Source: Bacteroidales bacterium | GTDB taxonomy: Bacteria > Bacteroidota > Bacteroidia > Bacteroidales > GCA-2748055 | Length of the DNA: 64,000 nucleotides | Assembly: GCA_040903745.1 (NCBI GenBank) | Contig: JBBDUV010000080.1 | Span: forward strand, 5,560 to 69,559 | Direction of reading: 5' to 3' | Shown: piece by piece, positions 1 to 10,459 of the stretch | Numbering within the stretch: position 1 is the first letter of the stretch | Layout of the letters: each line of letters begins with the position of its first letter | Position numbers and translations under genes: made by a program | The notes under the pieces: model-generated | Told to the model about the DNA's origin: nothing | The model's input: only the letters and a program-made list of their open reading frames with translations | Databases searched by the model: none

Positions 1-1099
1 TTAATTTGTGTTCTTCACCTATGTTGTAGCGAAGCCCCAACTTAAAACCAAAGCGGGCTATCAATTCCCTGTAATAAATGCTTCTTTCAAGTCCCATTTC
101 ACCGTAATTCAGATACAGGGAATTATCCGACTCGCACAAATACAAATCAGCATTGATCCCTTTGCGGTCCATGTGTTCATAAACAATGGCCCACTGATCC
201 AGCTTGGAAACATCATAAATGAGTTTTGTATCTCTGTTCACCCAGGGCCAGGAGTTATCGGCATCATCGTTTATGGTTAACGGGATATGATAAAGCGTAT
301 TTGCCCCTACAATGCTCAGATAGTTAATAGCACCAATAATCGCCTTACCTTTGCCATCCTGCCACTGTGGGTCCCCGGGTTGCCAATCTTTAAGGTGAAA
401 TAAATATCTGTGCAGCCCTTTTCCTGGTCCTTTGCCAAACCCATGGTCTTCATACAGGTATTTGTCAGCCTTGTAATCGTTGATGTTTAAGCCTTCAGGG
501 CCATCATACACATCATCAAAATCCTGATAGCCGAAAAAATCTTCAGGACTACCGGGGCCGGCTTTTACAAACCAGTCTTTGCTGCCTTGAAACTGAAGGT
601 AATGTTCGCCTACATAGCTTAACATCCCTTTCGCATAAAAACCGGAGGCATTGGGATCGGCCGGGGCAATTTTAAATGTGCCGGTTTCGCCATCAGGGGC
701 AATATTCCTCTCCCCGCCAACCGGTTTCAAAGATTTTGCAATTTCCGGTCCTTTTAGAAAGGATACTGAATAGTTCCAGGTCCCTGCTTCATCGGGCACA
801 AATTTAACGCGCCACTTGTTCCCGCTGGTTGCTGAAGTATTAGCAGCATTCCCGTCTGCAGCAAAATAACCGGGTACTAAATAAGTCTTACTGCCCTTTA
901 TAAAGGTTACATCAAGCCGGTAATCAGTAAAAGTTGATTCTTCTTCACTTACGGAAGGGCCGTCAAATGTCACTGTTACAGGATACCATACTATAAGTTC
1001 ACCACTTACCACACCGGTTTGAGCTTTAAGCATTCCGCTAAAAATCAAACAATAAAAAAATGTTAATGATAATCTAAGTTTAAAATTTTTTGGTTTCAT
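1..1099 (-). CDS. DUF5060-like Ig domain + GH5-like TIM-barrel putative glycoside hydrolase (3' end lies outside the window)
   Basis: Absent from the ORF track because it is open at the window edge. Hand translation from the ATG at 1097-1099 (minus) gives MKPKNFKLRLSLTFFYCLIFSGMLKAQTGVVSGELIVWYPVTVTFDGPSVSEEESTFTDYRLDVTF...YLVPGYFAADGNAANTSATSGNKWRVKF. It is a clear paralog of ORF 20824..22701. Confidence 0.7.
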   Translation of the reverse strand, partial: MKPKNFKLRLSLTFFYCLIFSGMLKAQTGVVSGELIVWYPVTVTFDGPSVSEEESTFTDYRLDVTFIKGSKTYLVPGYFAADGNAANTSATSGNKWRVKFVPDEAGTWNYSVSFLKGPEIAKSLKPVGGERNIAPDGETGTFKIAPADPNASGFYAKGMLSYVGEHYLQFQGSKDWFVKAGPGSPEDFFGYQDFDDVYDGPEGLNINDYKADKYLYEDHGFGKGPGKGLHRYLFHLKDWQPGDPQWQDGKGKAIIGAINYLSIVGANTLYHIPLTINDDADNSWPWVNRDTKLIYDVSKLDQWAIVYEHMDRKGINADLYLCESDNSLYLNYGEMGLERSIYYRELIARFGFKLGLRYNIGEEHKL

Positions 1100-1155
1100 A
1101 ATCTATTATAAAGTTTGAAATATAGCTTAAAAATACAAATTGTTTTTTTAAAGTG

Positions 1156-2709
1156 TTAATCAAAATTCAGGTCAAACTGTTTCTCCATAAGTGAATTCAG
1201 AACATCGCCCTGAAAAATATCTGAGTAATCGATTGAGATGTCCCTGTTCCGGACAAAATCATAAAGGGTTAATCCCCTTACTTCGTAGTATAAATCCCAG
1301 TATCTTTCCAGTTCCTCGAAGTAATCATTCCGGGCTGAATTTTTTTTGTTTTGGGCTGAATTCAGTTTAATAATATCCACTTCGCCCTCCAGATAGCGCT
1401 GCTGGGTTACATCGTACATCATCTGTGCAAGTGTGTCGGCCTTGGCAGCCCTTTCCACCAGTCTTTTCTGCATATTAAATTCTTCGACAGTTATTCTTAC
1501 GTTTTCATCAAAATCAATCTCTTCCTGCTCCATTTCAGCCATCACTACCTCCTGGTTACTTTGTGCCAGCTTAAAACGTTTTTTCGACAACCCCCAGTCA
1601 ACAATCGGAATATTCATACTCACCTGAACCCTTTGCTGATTTTCCAAATCCTGGTAAACAGTTCGTATGCGATTATCTTCCGAGGTTTGGTTCAATCCCA
1701 AACTAACATTCAAATCTGCACTGTAGCGTGATTTTTTAGCCCGTTCCACATCTCTTTCGGCCCACAGTCTTCTGCGTTTAAAGTCTAAAATATCCGGATT
1801 ATTTTTGTGTGCCATTTCAATTGCCAGCTGTTCATCGATATCAATAGGATAAATCCAGTCAGGCGGAATTAACTCCACTTTAAGACTTTGATCCATCCGG
1901 AGAAAGGAAAGCAAACGGGTTTGCGACCTTCTCACGTCTGTTTCACGGCGCTCAAGGTCGCTGCTGGCATCCATTAAACTAAGCTCAAGCGAATAGATAT
2001 CTTCAAGCGAAATACCACCATTTTCCTGACGCCTCAAACCGTCACGATTTAAAGCATCTGCGATGGTATAATCGTTTTGTGCAATTTTTAATTCTATTTG
2101 ATCCGCGAGTAAATCAAAAAAACGGCCAACCGCATACTCTGCAATATTCTGCGATGATTCGAAATACTCCTTTTTCGATCTTTCAAATTCCACCGGCTCA
2201 ATTTTTTTCTCCCATTTAAGGTCGTTAAAATCAAATAGGGCCTGCCTGATCCCAATTCGTATGGGGGTTGAAGAATACTCTATTTTCCCGCCAATATTTT
2301 GAATTCTTCCCAGATCAGAGTCGATGTAAATTCGTCCGCCTGTAAATGGGATGTTCTGTGTTAAAGATAAATTTGCATACGAATTCAACGATTCATTTTG
2401 AATAAACTGGTACTCTTCATCCTGCGAATTATACACTTCACGTACAGCCCTTTCATAATTGAAAGGGGTTGTCTCCAGTTTGAGGGTTGGCAAAAATTCT
2501 GCCTGATAGGTGCGAAAATCCCAGTAATCAGATAAGTATTCATTTTTATCGATAAATGCCCTCAACGAACTATCCTGCGCAATTGAAATGGCTTCGTCTA
2601 ATGTAAGCGTAACTGTGCGGCTGCTTTGTTGTGCCTGTGCTTCCTGCACGAAAGCTATAAACAAAAAGCTGGTGATAAATATTTCAATGTTTTTCATTTG
2701 CGAAATCAT
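1156..2709 (-). CDS. TolC-family outer-membrane efflux protein
   Basis: 517 aa with a signal peptide (FVQEAQAQ). N-terminal LTLDEAISIAQDSSL motif and two-repeat coiled/beta architecture typical of Bacteroidota TolC/OprM-like proteins. No partner pump genes are adjacent. Confidence 0.7.
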   Translation of the reverse strand: MISQMKNIEIFITSFLFIAFVQEAQAQQSSRTVTLTLDEAISIAQDSSLRAFIDKNEYLSDYWDFRTYQAEFLPTLKLETTPFNYERAVREVYNSQDEEYQFIQNESLNSYANLSLTQNIPFTGGRIYIDSDLGRIQNIGGKIEYSSTPIRIGIRQALFDFNDLKWEKKIEPVEFERSKKEYFESSQNIAEYAVGRFFDLLADQIELKIAQNDYTIADALNRDGLRRQENGGISLEDIYSLELSLMDASSDLERRETDVRRSQTRLLSFLRMDQSLKVELIPPDWIYPIDIDEQLAIEMAHKNNPDILDFKRRRLWAERDVERAKKSRYSADLNVSLGLNQTSEDNRIRTVYQDLENQQRVQVSMNIPIVDWGLSKKRFKLAQSNQEVVMAEMEQEEIDFDENVRITVEEFNMQKRLVERAAKADTLAQMMYDVTQQRYLEGEVDIIKLNSAQNKKNSARNDYFEELERYWDLYYEVRGLTLYDFVRNRDISIDYSDIFQGDVLNSLMEKQFDLNFD

Positions 2710-2909
2710 TCCATTTTGGCTGAGTATTTATTCATTTTGTCGGAGTATTCAAATAAAGTAATCGGTTATTACATTCAGTTTCATTGTAAAGCCATATTTA
2801 GTGTCTGTCCATAAAGTCCGACTCTATGGACACACTCTATTTAGTTTGTTTTTTCACAGTTCAAAATTATAAACAGACATCAGCATAATCGTCATAAGAA
2901 TATAATCAG

Positions 2910-2927
2910 TTGTCATAAATTGTCATG
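2910..2927 (+). promoter_or_regulatory. Candidate response-regulator site: direct repeat TTGTCAT-N3-TTGTCAT with 10-bp phasing
   Basis: Reads ttgtcataaattgtcatg, about 85 bp upstream of the histidine kinase ATG. A third cGTCATa lies at 2890-2896. The 11-mer agttgtcataa recurs at 39076-39086 and 47166-47176, upstream of both duplicated sulfatases. Confidence 0.3.
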
Positions 2928-3012
2928 AAAGATGTGTATTCTAAAATTTACCTATTTTTGTTCCTGATTATTTATCACAGCGCATTTTATAAATACTTTA
3001 TAGTCAATTGCT

Positions 3013-4578
3013 ATGCGGTTTTCCATCAAAAGAATTTTTATAGTATTTATCTTCATTATTATTTTGCCGACTGCTTTCTATTCAATATATGAGCTGAGCT
3101 CCTACAGAAAACATGAACTGGTGATAGAAAGCATATACGGCAATCAGTTGGAAGCGATTCTCTTTACCGTCAATCAATACTCTGATGAGCTGCTTAATGA
3201 ATGGGGCAACAGAATTGACGCGTCTGCAAAAACCAGAGAAGGCCGGGATAATACATCATTAAACAGGTTAATGGAAGAATACCCATCATTAAAATTAGCT
3301 TTTCTTTACCGTGAAAACGAGGTCGAAATACTGGCTAATAGTTCTGATTCTTTAGATTTTTATCGCCAGCAAGCCGGAAATATATTGAATAAAGAAACAG
3401 AGGAAATAATGAAGCTAAAGGATTTTTTAGAAAATGATTACAGAAAACTTCAGCCAATAGCTTTATCACCCGGTCATGTATTGGTCTATTTCATAGGAGA
3501 AACAGATCAGAAACTTAAGGTGGTTTATGGCATGATAATCAATGCTGAAAAATTCATTAACCAAACAATGGCTCCCATACTTCAGGAAATCAGTCAGAAT
3601 CAATTTTATATTAGCATATATAATGAGAATAAAAATACGCTTATTTACAACACCGACCGGAATATTGAGCCTGATGAAACCCGATATACAACAGCTTTAT
3701 GGCTTTTCCCGGGTTATTATGCTGCCATTGGGTTAAAGGAAATAAACATAAGTAATCTTACCAGGGAGCGATCAAGGAGTAATATCTTATTTATTCTTCT
3801 GGTGGATTTAATGTTGATTATTGGAATAGTTTTGGTATTTAAATCGATTGATAAACAGTTAAAACTTGCCCAGCTTAAATCGGATTTTGTTTCCAATGTT
3901 TCTCACGAGATTCGCACCCCTTTATCCCTCATACAGATGTATGTTGAATCGCTTAAAATGAATCGCGTAAGACCTGAGGGAAAAAAGCAGGAATACCTGG
4001 ATGTCGTGTTAAAAGAGACCCAACGATTATCAGGGATGGTCAACAAAATTCTCAATTTTTCCCAAATTGAAAAGAACAAAAAGAAATATCATTTTACCCC
4101 CGTTAACCTGAATGAAATTGTTGATGAAGTTTTAACTACTTTCAGTCACCATTTGGAAAATGAAGGTTTTGATTATCATATCCATCTCGACCAGGAACTA
4201 CCCTATATTCAAGCAGATTCCGAAGCAGTTACCGATGCAATGATGAACCTTATTGACAATTCAATAAAATACTCCCCTGGGGAAAAGTATATTGAAATTC
4301 AAACCGGACAGTTATCCGGTTATGTATATTTTGAAGTACAGGATCATGGTCAGGGCATTTCAGAAAAGGATATGAAGCACATCTTTGATAAATTTTACCG
4401 TGTAACCAGCTCAGATCTGACGCCAAATACAAAGGGATCAGGACTAGGGCTAAATATCGTTAAACACATTATGGATGCCCATGGTGGAGATATCAGGGTT
4501 CACAGCAAAAAAGGAAAAGGTAGTCGCTTCGTACTAAATTTTCCGCTTATTATCGATGAAAAAGCAGCTGGTTTCTGA
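3013..4578 (+). CDS. Sensor histidine kinase (two TM segments, extracytoplasmic domain, HisKA + HATPase_c)
   Basis: H-box SHEIRTPL, N-box NLIDNSIKYS, G1 DHGQGI, G2 GSGLGL. N-terminal TM segment plus a second TM around residue 255. Confidence 0.9.
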   Translation: MRFSIKRIFIVFIFIIILPTAFYSIYELSSYRKHELVIESIYGNQLEAILFTVNQYSDELLNEWGNRIDASAKTREGRDNTSLNRLMEEYPSLKLAFLYRENEVEILANSSDSLDFYRQQAGNILNKETEEIMKLKDFLENDYRKLQPIALSPGHVLVYFIGETDQKLKVVYGMIINAEKFINQTMAPILQEISQNQFYISIYNENKNTLIYNTDRNIEPDETRYTTALWLFPGYYAAIGLKEINISNLTRERSRSNILFILLVDLMLIIGIVLVFKSIDKQLKLAQLKSDFVSNVSHEIRTPLSLIQMYVESLKMNRVRPEGKKQEYLDVVLKETQRLSGMVNKILNFSQIEKNKKKYHFTPVNLNEIVDEVLTTFSHHLENEGFDYHIHLDQELPYIQADSEAVTDAMMNLIDNSIKYSPGEKYIEIQTGQLSGYVYFEVQDHGQGISEKDMKHIFDKFYRVTSSDLTPNTKGSGLGLNIVKHIMDAHGGDIRVHSKKGKGSRFVLNFPLIIDEKAAGF

Positions 4579-4604
4579 TATAAATAAATAATAAACAGTA
4601 GGTT

Positions 4605-5291
4605 ATGAGCAAGATATTGATTATTGAAGACGAACCGGATATGCTGAGGGGACTTCAGGACAATTTGGAATTTGAAGGATATGAGGTAGATATTGCAGAT
4701 AACGGCCAAACAGGCTTGAAAATGATATCTGCAGGGGGGTATGACCTTATTTTGCTCGATATCATGTTACCCGATATCTCAGGCTTTAATATTTGTGAAA
4801 GGACAAGAGATCAGGGGATAAAGACACCAATTATACTATTAACAGCCAGGGGAGAAGAGATGGATAAAGTCCGTGGTCTGGAGCTTGGAGCTGATGATTA
4901 CATAACCAAACCCTTTAGTTTACCTGAGCTGCTGGCAAGGCTAAAAGCGATATTAAGAAGGACAGATGCAGGGGATGATATCGAAAGGAGCCAAACCTGT
5001 ACCATTGGTAATTTAACAGTCAATTTTCAGACATATGAAGCAACTATAGACAGTCACTCCGTAAAAATGTCAACAAAGGAGTTTGATATTTTATGGTTGC
5101 TGATGAAAAGAAAACATGAAGTTGTTCACAGAGACGAGATTTTGTCAGAGGTATGGAACATAGACAGCTACATTACACCACGTACTGTAGATAATTTTGT
5201 GCATAAACTGCGTCAGAAAATTGAGGATGACCCGGCTAATCCACAGAATATTGTCACAATCCATGGAATCGGCTATAAATTAATTCGTTAA
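4605..5291 (+). CDS. OmpR/PhoB-family response regulator (receiver + winged-helix)
   Basis: MSKILIIEDEPD...LILLDIMLPD receiver domain and a C-terminal trans_reg_C-like GYKLIR end. Starts 27 bp after the kinase. Confidence 0.9.
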   Translation: MSKILIIEDEPDMLRGLQDNLEFEGYEVDIADNGQTGLKMISAGGYDLILLDIMLPDISGFNICERTRDQGIKTPIILLTARGEEMDKVRGLELGADDYITKPFSLPELLARLKAILRRTDAGDDIERSQTCTIGNLTVNFQTYEATIDSHSVKMSTKEFDILWLLMKRKHEVVHRDEILSEVWNIDSYITPRTVDNFVHKLRQKIEDDPANPQNIVTIHGIGYKLIR

Positions 5292-5390
5292 GGGCAGTCA
5301 GCTTGGTCTGGTTATTGTGGTAATCTATTGTTTATTTAATACTTTATACACGTTTGCATTGCGATAATACTTTCAATAAATCAAATCGTT

Positions 5391-6425
5391 ATGAATCTAT
5401 TTTCAAGATATAAATATTTTACCGGCTTGTTGCTGGGCCTGATGATTTTCCAGTCTTCTTACGCGGATGACGATAATTATAAACTTATTGTTGACCTGAA
5501 GGGGCAATGGAAATTTTCTATTGGGAATCGTGAGGCATGGATACGGAACGACTACGACGATCGATCCTGGGATGAAATCAAGGTTCCGAAAAATTGGGAA
5601 GAACAAGGGTTTCATGGTTACAACGGTTATGCCTTTTATCGGAAAAAAGTCACCATTTCAAAAGATTTCAGAGGACATTTGTACTTTCTGAAATTAGGAT
5701 ACATTGATGATGTGGACGAGGTGTATTTCAACGGAGAATTAATAGGATCAACGGGCTCTTTCCCACCCAAGTATGAATCTGCCTATGAGGCAAGTAGAAA
5801 ATATTACATTCCTGAGAATCTGGTTACGTATGATGAACCCAATATAATTGCCGTTAAGGTTTATGATAATCATTCGAAAGGAGGCATTGTCAGTGGTCAG
5901 ATTGGTCTGTATGCCAGCCGTGCTCCAATGCCCATTGACATTCATTTATCAGGCTTTTGGAGTTTTAATACCGGAGACGATCTCACTTTTAAAGAACCAG
6001 ACTACAATGATGGGGACTGGAACGAGATACTGGTTCCGTCAAATTGGGAAAACCAGGGATACAGGGATTATGACGGATTTGCATGGTACAGAAAAACGTT
6101 CAGAAATACGAATGCCATGAGAGATGAAAAGATGGTGGTATTGCTTGGTAAAATTGATGATATTGATGAAGTTTATCTCAACGGTGAGTTTATTGGCAGC
6201 ACTGGAAATTTCAATAATACGGACCGAAAAAGTAGTGGCAGTGATTTTTATGATGCATTACGAGGTTATATAATTCCAAAAAACATTTTAAGACGAGGAC
6301 GCAATGTGATTTCGGTCCGGGTGTATGATTTCCGGGGTGTTGGGGGCATTTATGAAGGTCCTGTTGGTATTATCACTCAGGAAAAATATATTAAATACTG
6401 GCATAAATTATCCTCGGAAAAATAA
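5391..6425 (+). CDS. Secreted protein with two tandem GH2-N-type (galactose-binding-like) sugar-binding domains and no catalytic domain
   Basis: Signal peptide, then two repeats of about 145 aa. Both carry W(D/N)EI.VP.NWE.QG...Y.G.A.YRK and IDD.DEVY.NGE.IGSTG motifs. Confidence 0.65.
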   Translation: MNLFSRYKYFTGLLLGLMIFQSSYADDDNYKLIVDLKGQWKFSIGNREAWIRNDYDDRSWDEIKVPKNWEEQGFHGYNGYAFYRKKVTISKDFRGHLYFLKLGYIDDVDEVYFNGELIGSTGSFPPKYESAYEASRKYYIPENLVTYDEPNIIAVKVYDNHSKGGIVSGQIGLYASRAPMPIDIHLSGFWSFNTGDDLTFKEPDYNDGDWNEILVPSNWENQGYRDYDGFAWYRKTFRNTNAMRDEKMVVLLGKIDDIDEVYLNGEFIGSTGNFNNTDRKSSGSDFYDALRGYIIPKNILRRGRNVISVRVYDFRGVGGIYEGPVGIITQEKYIKYWHKLSSEK

Positions 6426-6886
6426 ACCTCCTGCCTTTTCAATCAGGACTTATTTTACTGTTTTTTATTCTATGAACTCAGCATCATAAAATAATGATCT
6501 ATTGATATTAAACGCTAAATTTCCCAAACTGAACAATAATTGCTACCTCTTATTTAATTCAATAATTAATTTCGTTATATCAGTAGTGTCCACTTAAAAG
6601 TATTACGGAGTGTGAACTAAATATATTTATTCTTATTATCAATTGATTACAATGTTCTACGAGTTTATTTTTCAGAAATTGAAATTCAAATCGTGGACAT
6701 GTATTTTCATTATATATATCGCATAAGTTCAATTTCTTATGGGGATTTCATGTTATTTTAGGTGGACACTAATGTCGTTATTTTAATAATTTTGCAAATT
6801 GAAACATAATCATTAATAACAAAGTATACAAGGTATTCAAGCGTGAAATTAAATCAAATTGGGTTATTAATAAATACAATTCTATT

Positions 6887-8225
6887 ATGAATTTTAAAGG
6901 AGTTTTGTTTTTCACAGTTTTTTTAATGTTTATCTTTCATTTTAATGGTAATTATTCCCAAAATAAATTGTGGTATAATCAACCGGCTAAAGAGTGGACC
7001 GAAGCTTTACCTGTGGGCAACGGCCGTTTGGGAGCGATGGTATTTGGCAACCCCGACACGGAGCGAATTCAATTTAACGAAGAGAGCTTCAATTAAACAG
7101 AGGTATAGTAACCACTAATTTTGAAACAGGTACAAACCTTATTAAACAAGAGGTATTTGTATCTGCTCCTCACGATCTTATTGCTGTTCGAATTTCATCC
7201 AGGGAACCAGTCAGCTTTAATGTTAGCTTGATGCGTGATAAGGACGCAACTTTTCAAACCATGGCTGATGGTAAAATTCTAATGACCGGACAAATCACAG
7301 ATAAAGATGATCCGCGAAGCGGACCGGGCGGCGATCACATGAAATTTTCTGCCATAGCAAAATTGGAAAATAAAGATGGGGAAATCGAAAATACAGAAAG
7401 TGGAATCTCGTGCAGAGCTGTTTCGGAAGTTACCATTTATTTGACAGCCGCAACAAATTATGATATTGACAATCTAGACACATCAAACGAAATTGATCCC
7501 GTTTCTGAGTGTGAAAAAATTTTGAGTGGAGTGAATGATTTGTCATATGCTGAAATAAAAGAGGCTCACATTGCAGACCATTCGGAAATGTTTGACCGTG
7601 TTAGTTTAAGCTTTGGCGAAGATACATTAGCGCACCTGCCCACCAACCAGCGGCTGAATCGCATAAAAGAAGGGGCAATCGACAACGGCACATGTCCCAT
7701 CTTTTAGGACTTTATCCGTTGGCACAAATTACACCTGAAACACCCCAACTTTTTGAGGCAGCTCAAAAGACTATTCAGCGACGGCTGTCAGCTGGAGGCG
7801 GACATACCGGGTGGAGCCGGGCATGGATTATAAATTTCTTTGCAAGATTGCAAGATGGCGAAAAAGCGCATGAAAATCTTCAGGCACTTCTTGCAAAATC
7901 GACATTACCAAACCTTTTTGACAACCATGCTCCGTTTCAGATAGATGGAAATTTTGGAGGAACTTCAGGTATTGCTGAAATGCTTATACAAAGCCATGCA
8001 GGATATATTCATTTTCTTCCTGCATTGCCTTCAGCATGGAAAACCGGCGAGGTTAAAGGATTAAAAGTACGTGGCGGTTTTACGGTAGATATGGCCTGGA
8101 AAAACGAAAAACTGATACAAGCCACCGTGAAATCTCTCAATGGCAATTCTTGTGTTGTGGCATATCAGAAGAAAAAAGAAATCTTTTCTCTTAAGAAAGG
8201 CGAATCAATTGTAATAAAATGGTGA
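6887..8225 (+). pseudogene. GH95 alpha-L-fucosidase pseudogene (two internal deletions with frameshifts)
   Basis: The N-terminus [27 protein letters not shown] is a classic GH95 start. The frame breaks at 7093/7094 and again near 7692-7707. The C-terminal piece HLLGLYP...GWSRAW...FQIDGNFGGTSGIAEML is GH95-like. Only about 450 of the roughly 780 aa expected for GH95 remain. Confidence 0.8.
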
Positions 8226-8264
8226 TGAGCCTGTATTTTTTACTTTGAACGAAAATCTCCATCA

Positions 8265-10448
8265 TCAGTCGCAACCCATATTTGGATCGCCCCCTAAATT
8301 AATATAATCCTGTAATATTTCTTTATCGTAAACATGCCAATTACTAAAGCTATTATTTCGTTGAAGATCGACAGGTATGTACATTTCATCCATCGCATTA
8401 GTGTATTGTATCCAATAGCAATAAGCTTCAGCCATTGCATCCCTTGCCTCGGATTGATTTCCAGCCATTGAGTGCATAGCGGCCCGGTATTTATTGGCAC
8501 TATACAGACTAAGGTTTGCCAGGCATTTAATATCGCTGAGATTGTATTTCAAATCGATATTTGATCCGTAATCCAAGCTTTTGAGCAATTGTTTGGCGCT
8601 TAAAGCGAGTTCTTCTATTTTATCGGCATTATCCCATGCAGAAGTTTTACCATTACAATTGTTATTCACAGTTGCCTGAAAATCACAAAGATTTGAACCT
8701 TCAAATGGCCTGGTATTTTTAGTGTCATCAAGTGAATAGTGACCGCCGCCATTTGTACCATAACTCCACATTTCCGGATACCAATCTGCATCTCTTCTCC
8801 AATCACCCGTAACCTGTTCATTGGCAAGCACCATTGCTGCAGAAGCCTTACTCCAAGCCTGAAAAAGGCTTTCTATATTTAGGCTTGGGTATTTAAACGC
8901 AAGATGCTTTTTAAATAAATCATTTGAAACATCCGGATTATACCCAATTCTTCCCCAGATCTTCTGCATATACCATGTTTTCTGAGCACTGAGGGCCCTT
9001 TTGTCTCTGTAGTAATGGTCCTTTGCCGTAAACTCCCGGGTAAACGACCAGCCGTCCGAACCAATATAAAAGCCCACGGGATCTATCCAAAAGTTATTGA
9101 TATAGTTTCGGGCGTATTCGGGGTCGGCCCAATGGAGAAAATAAAAATCATCATTACGGAGATTAAACCAAATTCTAAGTGGTGGATTTGCATTAGAAAC
9201 CTCATAAATATTTGCAATACTATTTTTCCTGTAAGCAGGCGTATAATTTCCATGCATATGAGCAAGAGAATACTTGTGTGACAAATCAAAGGTGATATTA
9301 CTCTGTTCTATCAAGGGATTGAATGTTTGTTCAATGAGAGTTCCCAATGCAAGATGGATTCTAAATATAAAGTTTAGATCTCTTCCAGGGTGTGTCTGGG
9401 CATATTCTAGAGTTCCTCGCCCGTAGGTATCGTACAACCATCCTATTTTCTCAGAATCAGATCCATCAAGATTTTCCCCAGCGGTTATACCTATTCCCTT
9501 CACCAAAGGATAAGTTTCTAAAAATTTAACAACGCATTTACGCATGTATGTCCTGGTCTGATCATTAGCAGGGTCGTCTGTGATTCCATGTTTTCCATCG
9601 GCACCATAAACATAAATATTCCAGGTAAACAAATAAAATTCAAAGCCCCTATTGGCGCCATACTCCATGACATCCTGCCAGAACTTAATTTTTTCGTCAA
9701 TAGTCATGGTTTTGGTAAATTGTGGAAATCCGGCCTCACTATACCCTTCAACATTTTGAATGGCAACCCCGGGGTATTCATCTTCCATATTCACCATAGA
9801 AGTGAAAGGATGGCTTGCCCAAAGAGAAAGCAAATTATAACGATTACGGGCCATTTCATCAAACCAGCTTGTCCAGTAGTCCATATCCCATACATTACGG
9901 ATAGCATTCTGGTGTGAAGTTCCATTGTTTCCCCTCATGTAAGTTGATGATTCTGCGTCAAAGGGGATGTTTAATTTAATCCCACGTCGGCTTATTGCGG
10001 GGGAATCTTCCTCGTTGTAAGATCCGTTAAATCCGTCAAAATTGATGTACTCCGCAACTTGCAAGCCGCCATACATGGCTCCGTTATTATCGCCACCCAG
10101 CACCCAGAAACTAAAATCAGGTGTAGTGGTTGTGGATAGAGCATATGCCTGTTCTCCAAGTACGCCAGGTGCACTACCGCCCTGGTTTGCTAGTAAACTA
10201 GTTACACTTGTGTTATCAGAAAGGGCAATGACAACTTTTTTACCAATGTCTCCAGAAGACAAGGTCGACAAATCCTGAAAAACAACAGTATAACTGTCAT
10301 CTTCGAGAGCTGTTTTAATGTCATTGGCTGCGAATTCATGCTGTGGTACAGACAAATCGAAGTAAACATTAATCTCTTGACCATAAACAAAGGAATTAAT
10401 AAATGATAAAACAACAACTAGTAAAAGGTAAAATTTAGAGATTTTCAT
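8265..10448 (-). CDS. Uncharacterised module-B protein (GH20b/GH67N-like N-domain + TIM-barrel-like core + helical C-terminus), putative glycoside hydrolase
   Basis: 727 aa with a signal peptide. Motifs shared with 43338..45533, 50554..52680 and the middle of 28559..33139: EQAYAL.TTT...W.LGGDN.GAMYGGLQ.AE, RGIKLN.PFD, WDM..W..WFD.MAR.RYN.L.LW..HPF.SM, G.T.GE. Confidence 0.6.
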   Translation of the reverse strand: MKISKFYLLLVVVLSFINSFVYGQEINVYFDLSVPQHEFAANDIKTALEDDSYTVVFQDLSTLSSGDIGKKVVIALSDNTSVTSLLANQGGSAPGVLGEQAYALSTTTTPDFSFWVLGGDNNGAMYGGLQVAEYINFDGFNGSYNEEDSPAISRRGIKLNIPFDAESSTYMRGNNGTSHQNAIRNVWDMDYWTSWFDEMARNRYNLLSLWASHPFTSMVNMEDEYPGVAIQNVEGYSEAGFPQFTKTMTIDEKIKFWQDVMEYGANRGFEFYLFTWNIYVYGADGKHGITDDPANDQTRTYMRKCVVKFLETYPLVKGIGITAGENLDGSDSEKIGWLYDTYGRGTLEYAQTHPGRDLNFIFRIHLALGTLIEQTFNPLIEQSNITFDLSHKYSLAHMHGNYTPAYRKNSIANIYEVSNANPPLRIWFNLRNDDFYFLHWADPEYARNYINNFWIDPVGFYIGSDGWSFTREFTAKDHYYRDKRALSAQKTWYMQKIWGRIGYNPDVSNDLFKKHLAFKYPSLNIESLFQAWSKASAAMVLANEQVTGDWRRDADWYPEMWSYGTNGGGHYSLDDTKNTRPFEGSNLCDFQATVNNNCNGKTSAWDNADKIEELALSAKQLLKSLDYGSNIDLKYNLSDIKCLANLSLYSANKYRAAMHSMAGNQSEARDAMAEAYCYWIQYTNAMDEMYIPVDLQRNNSFSNWHVYDKEILQDYINLGGDPNMGCD

Positions 10449-10459
10449 TTTGCTGACTT

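Noticed and set aside
8-280. A 90-aa plus-strand ORF at the window start
   Set aside because: It overlaps, in antisense, the strongly supported DUF5060-like gene that runs off the window edge (minus strand), and it has no motifs.
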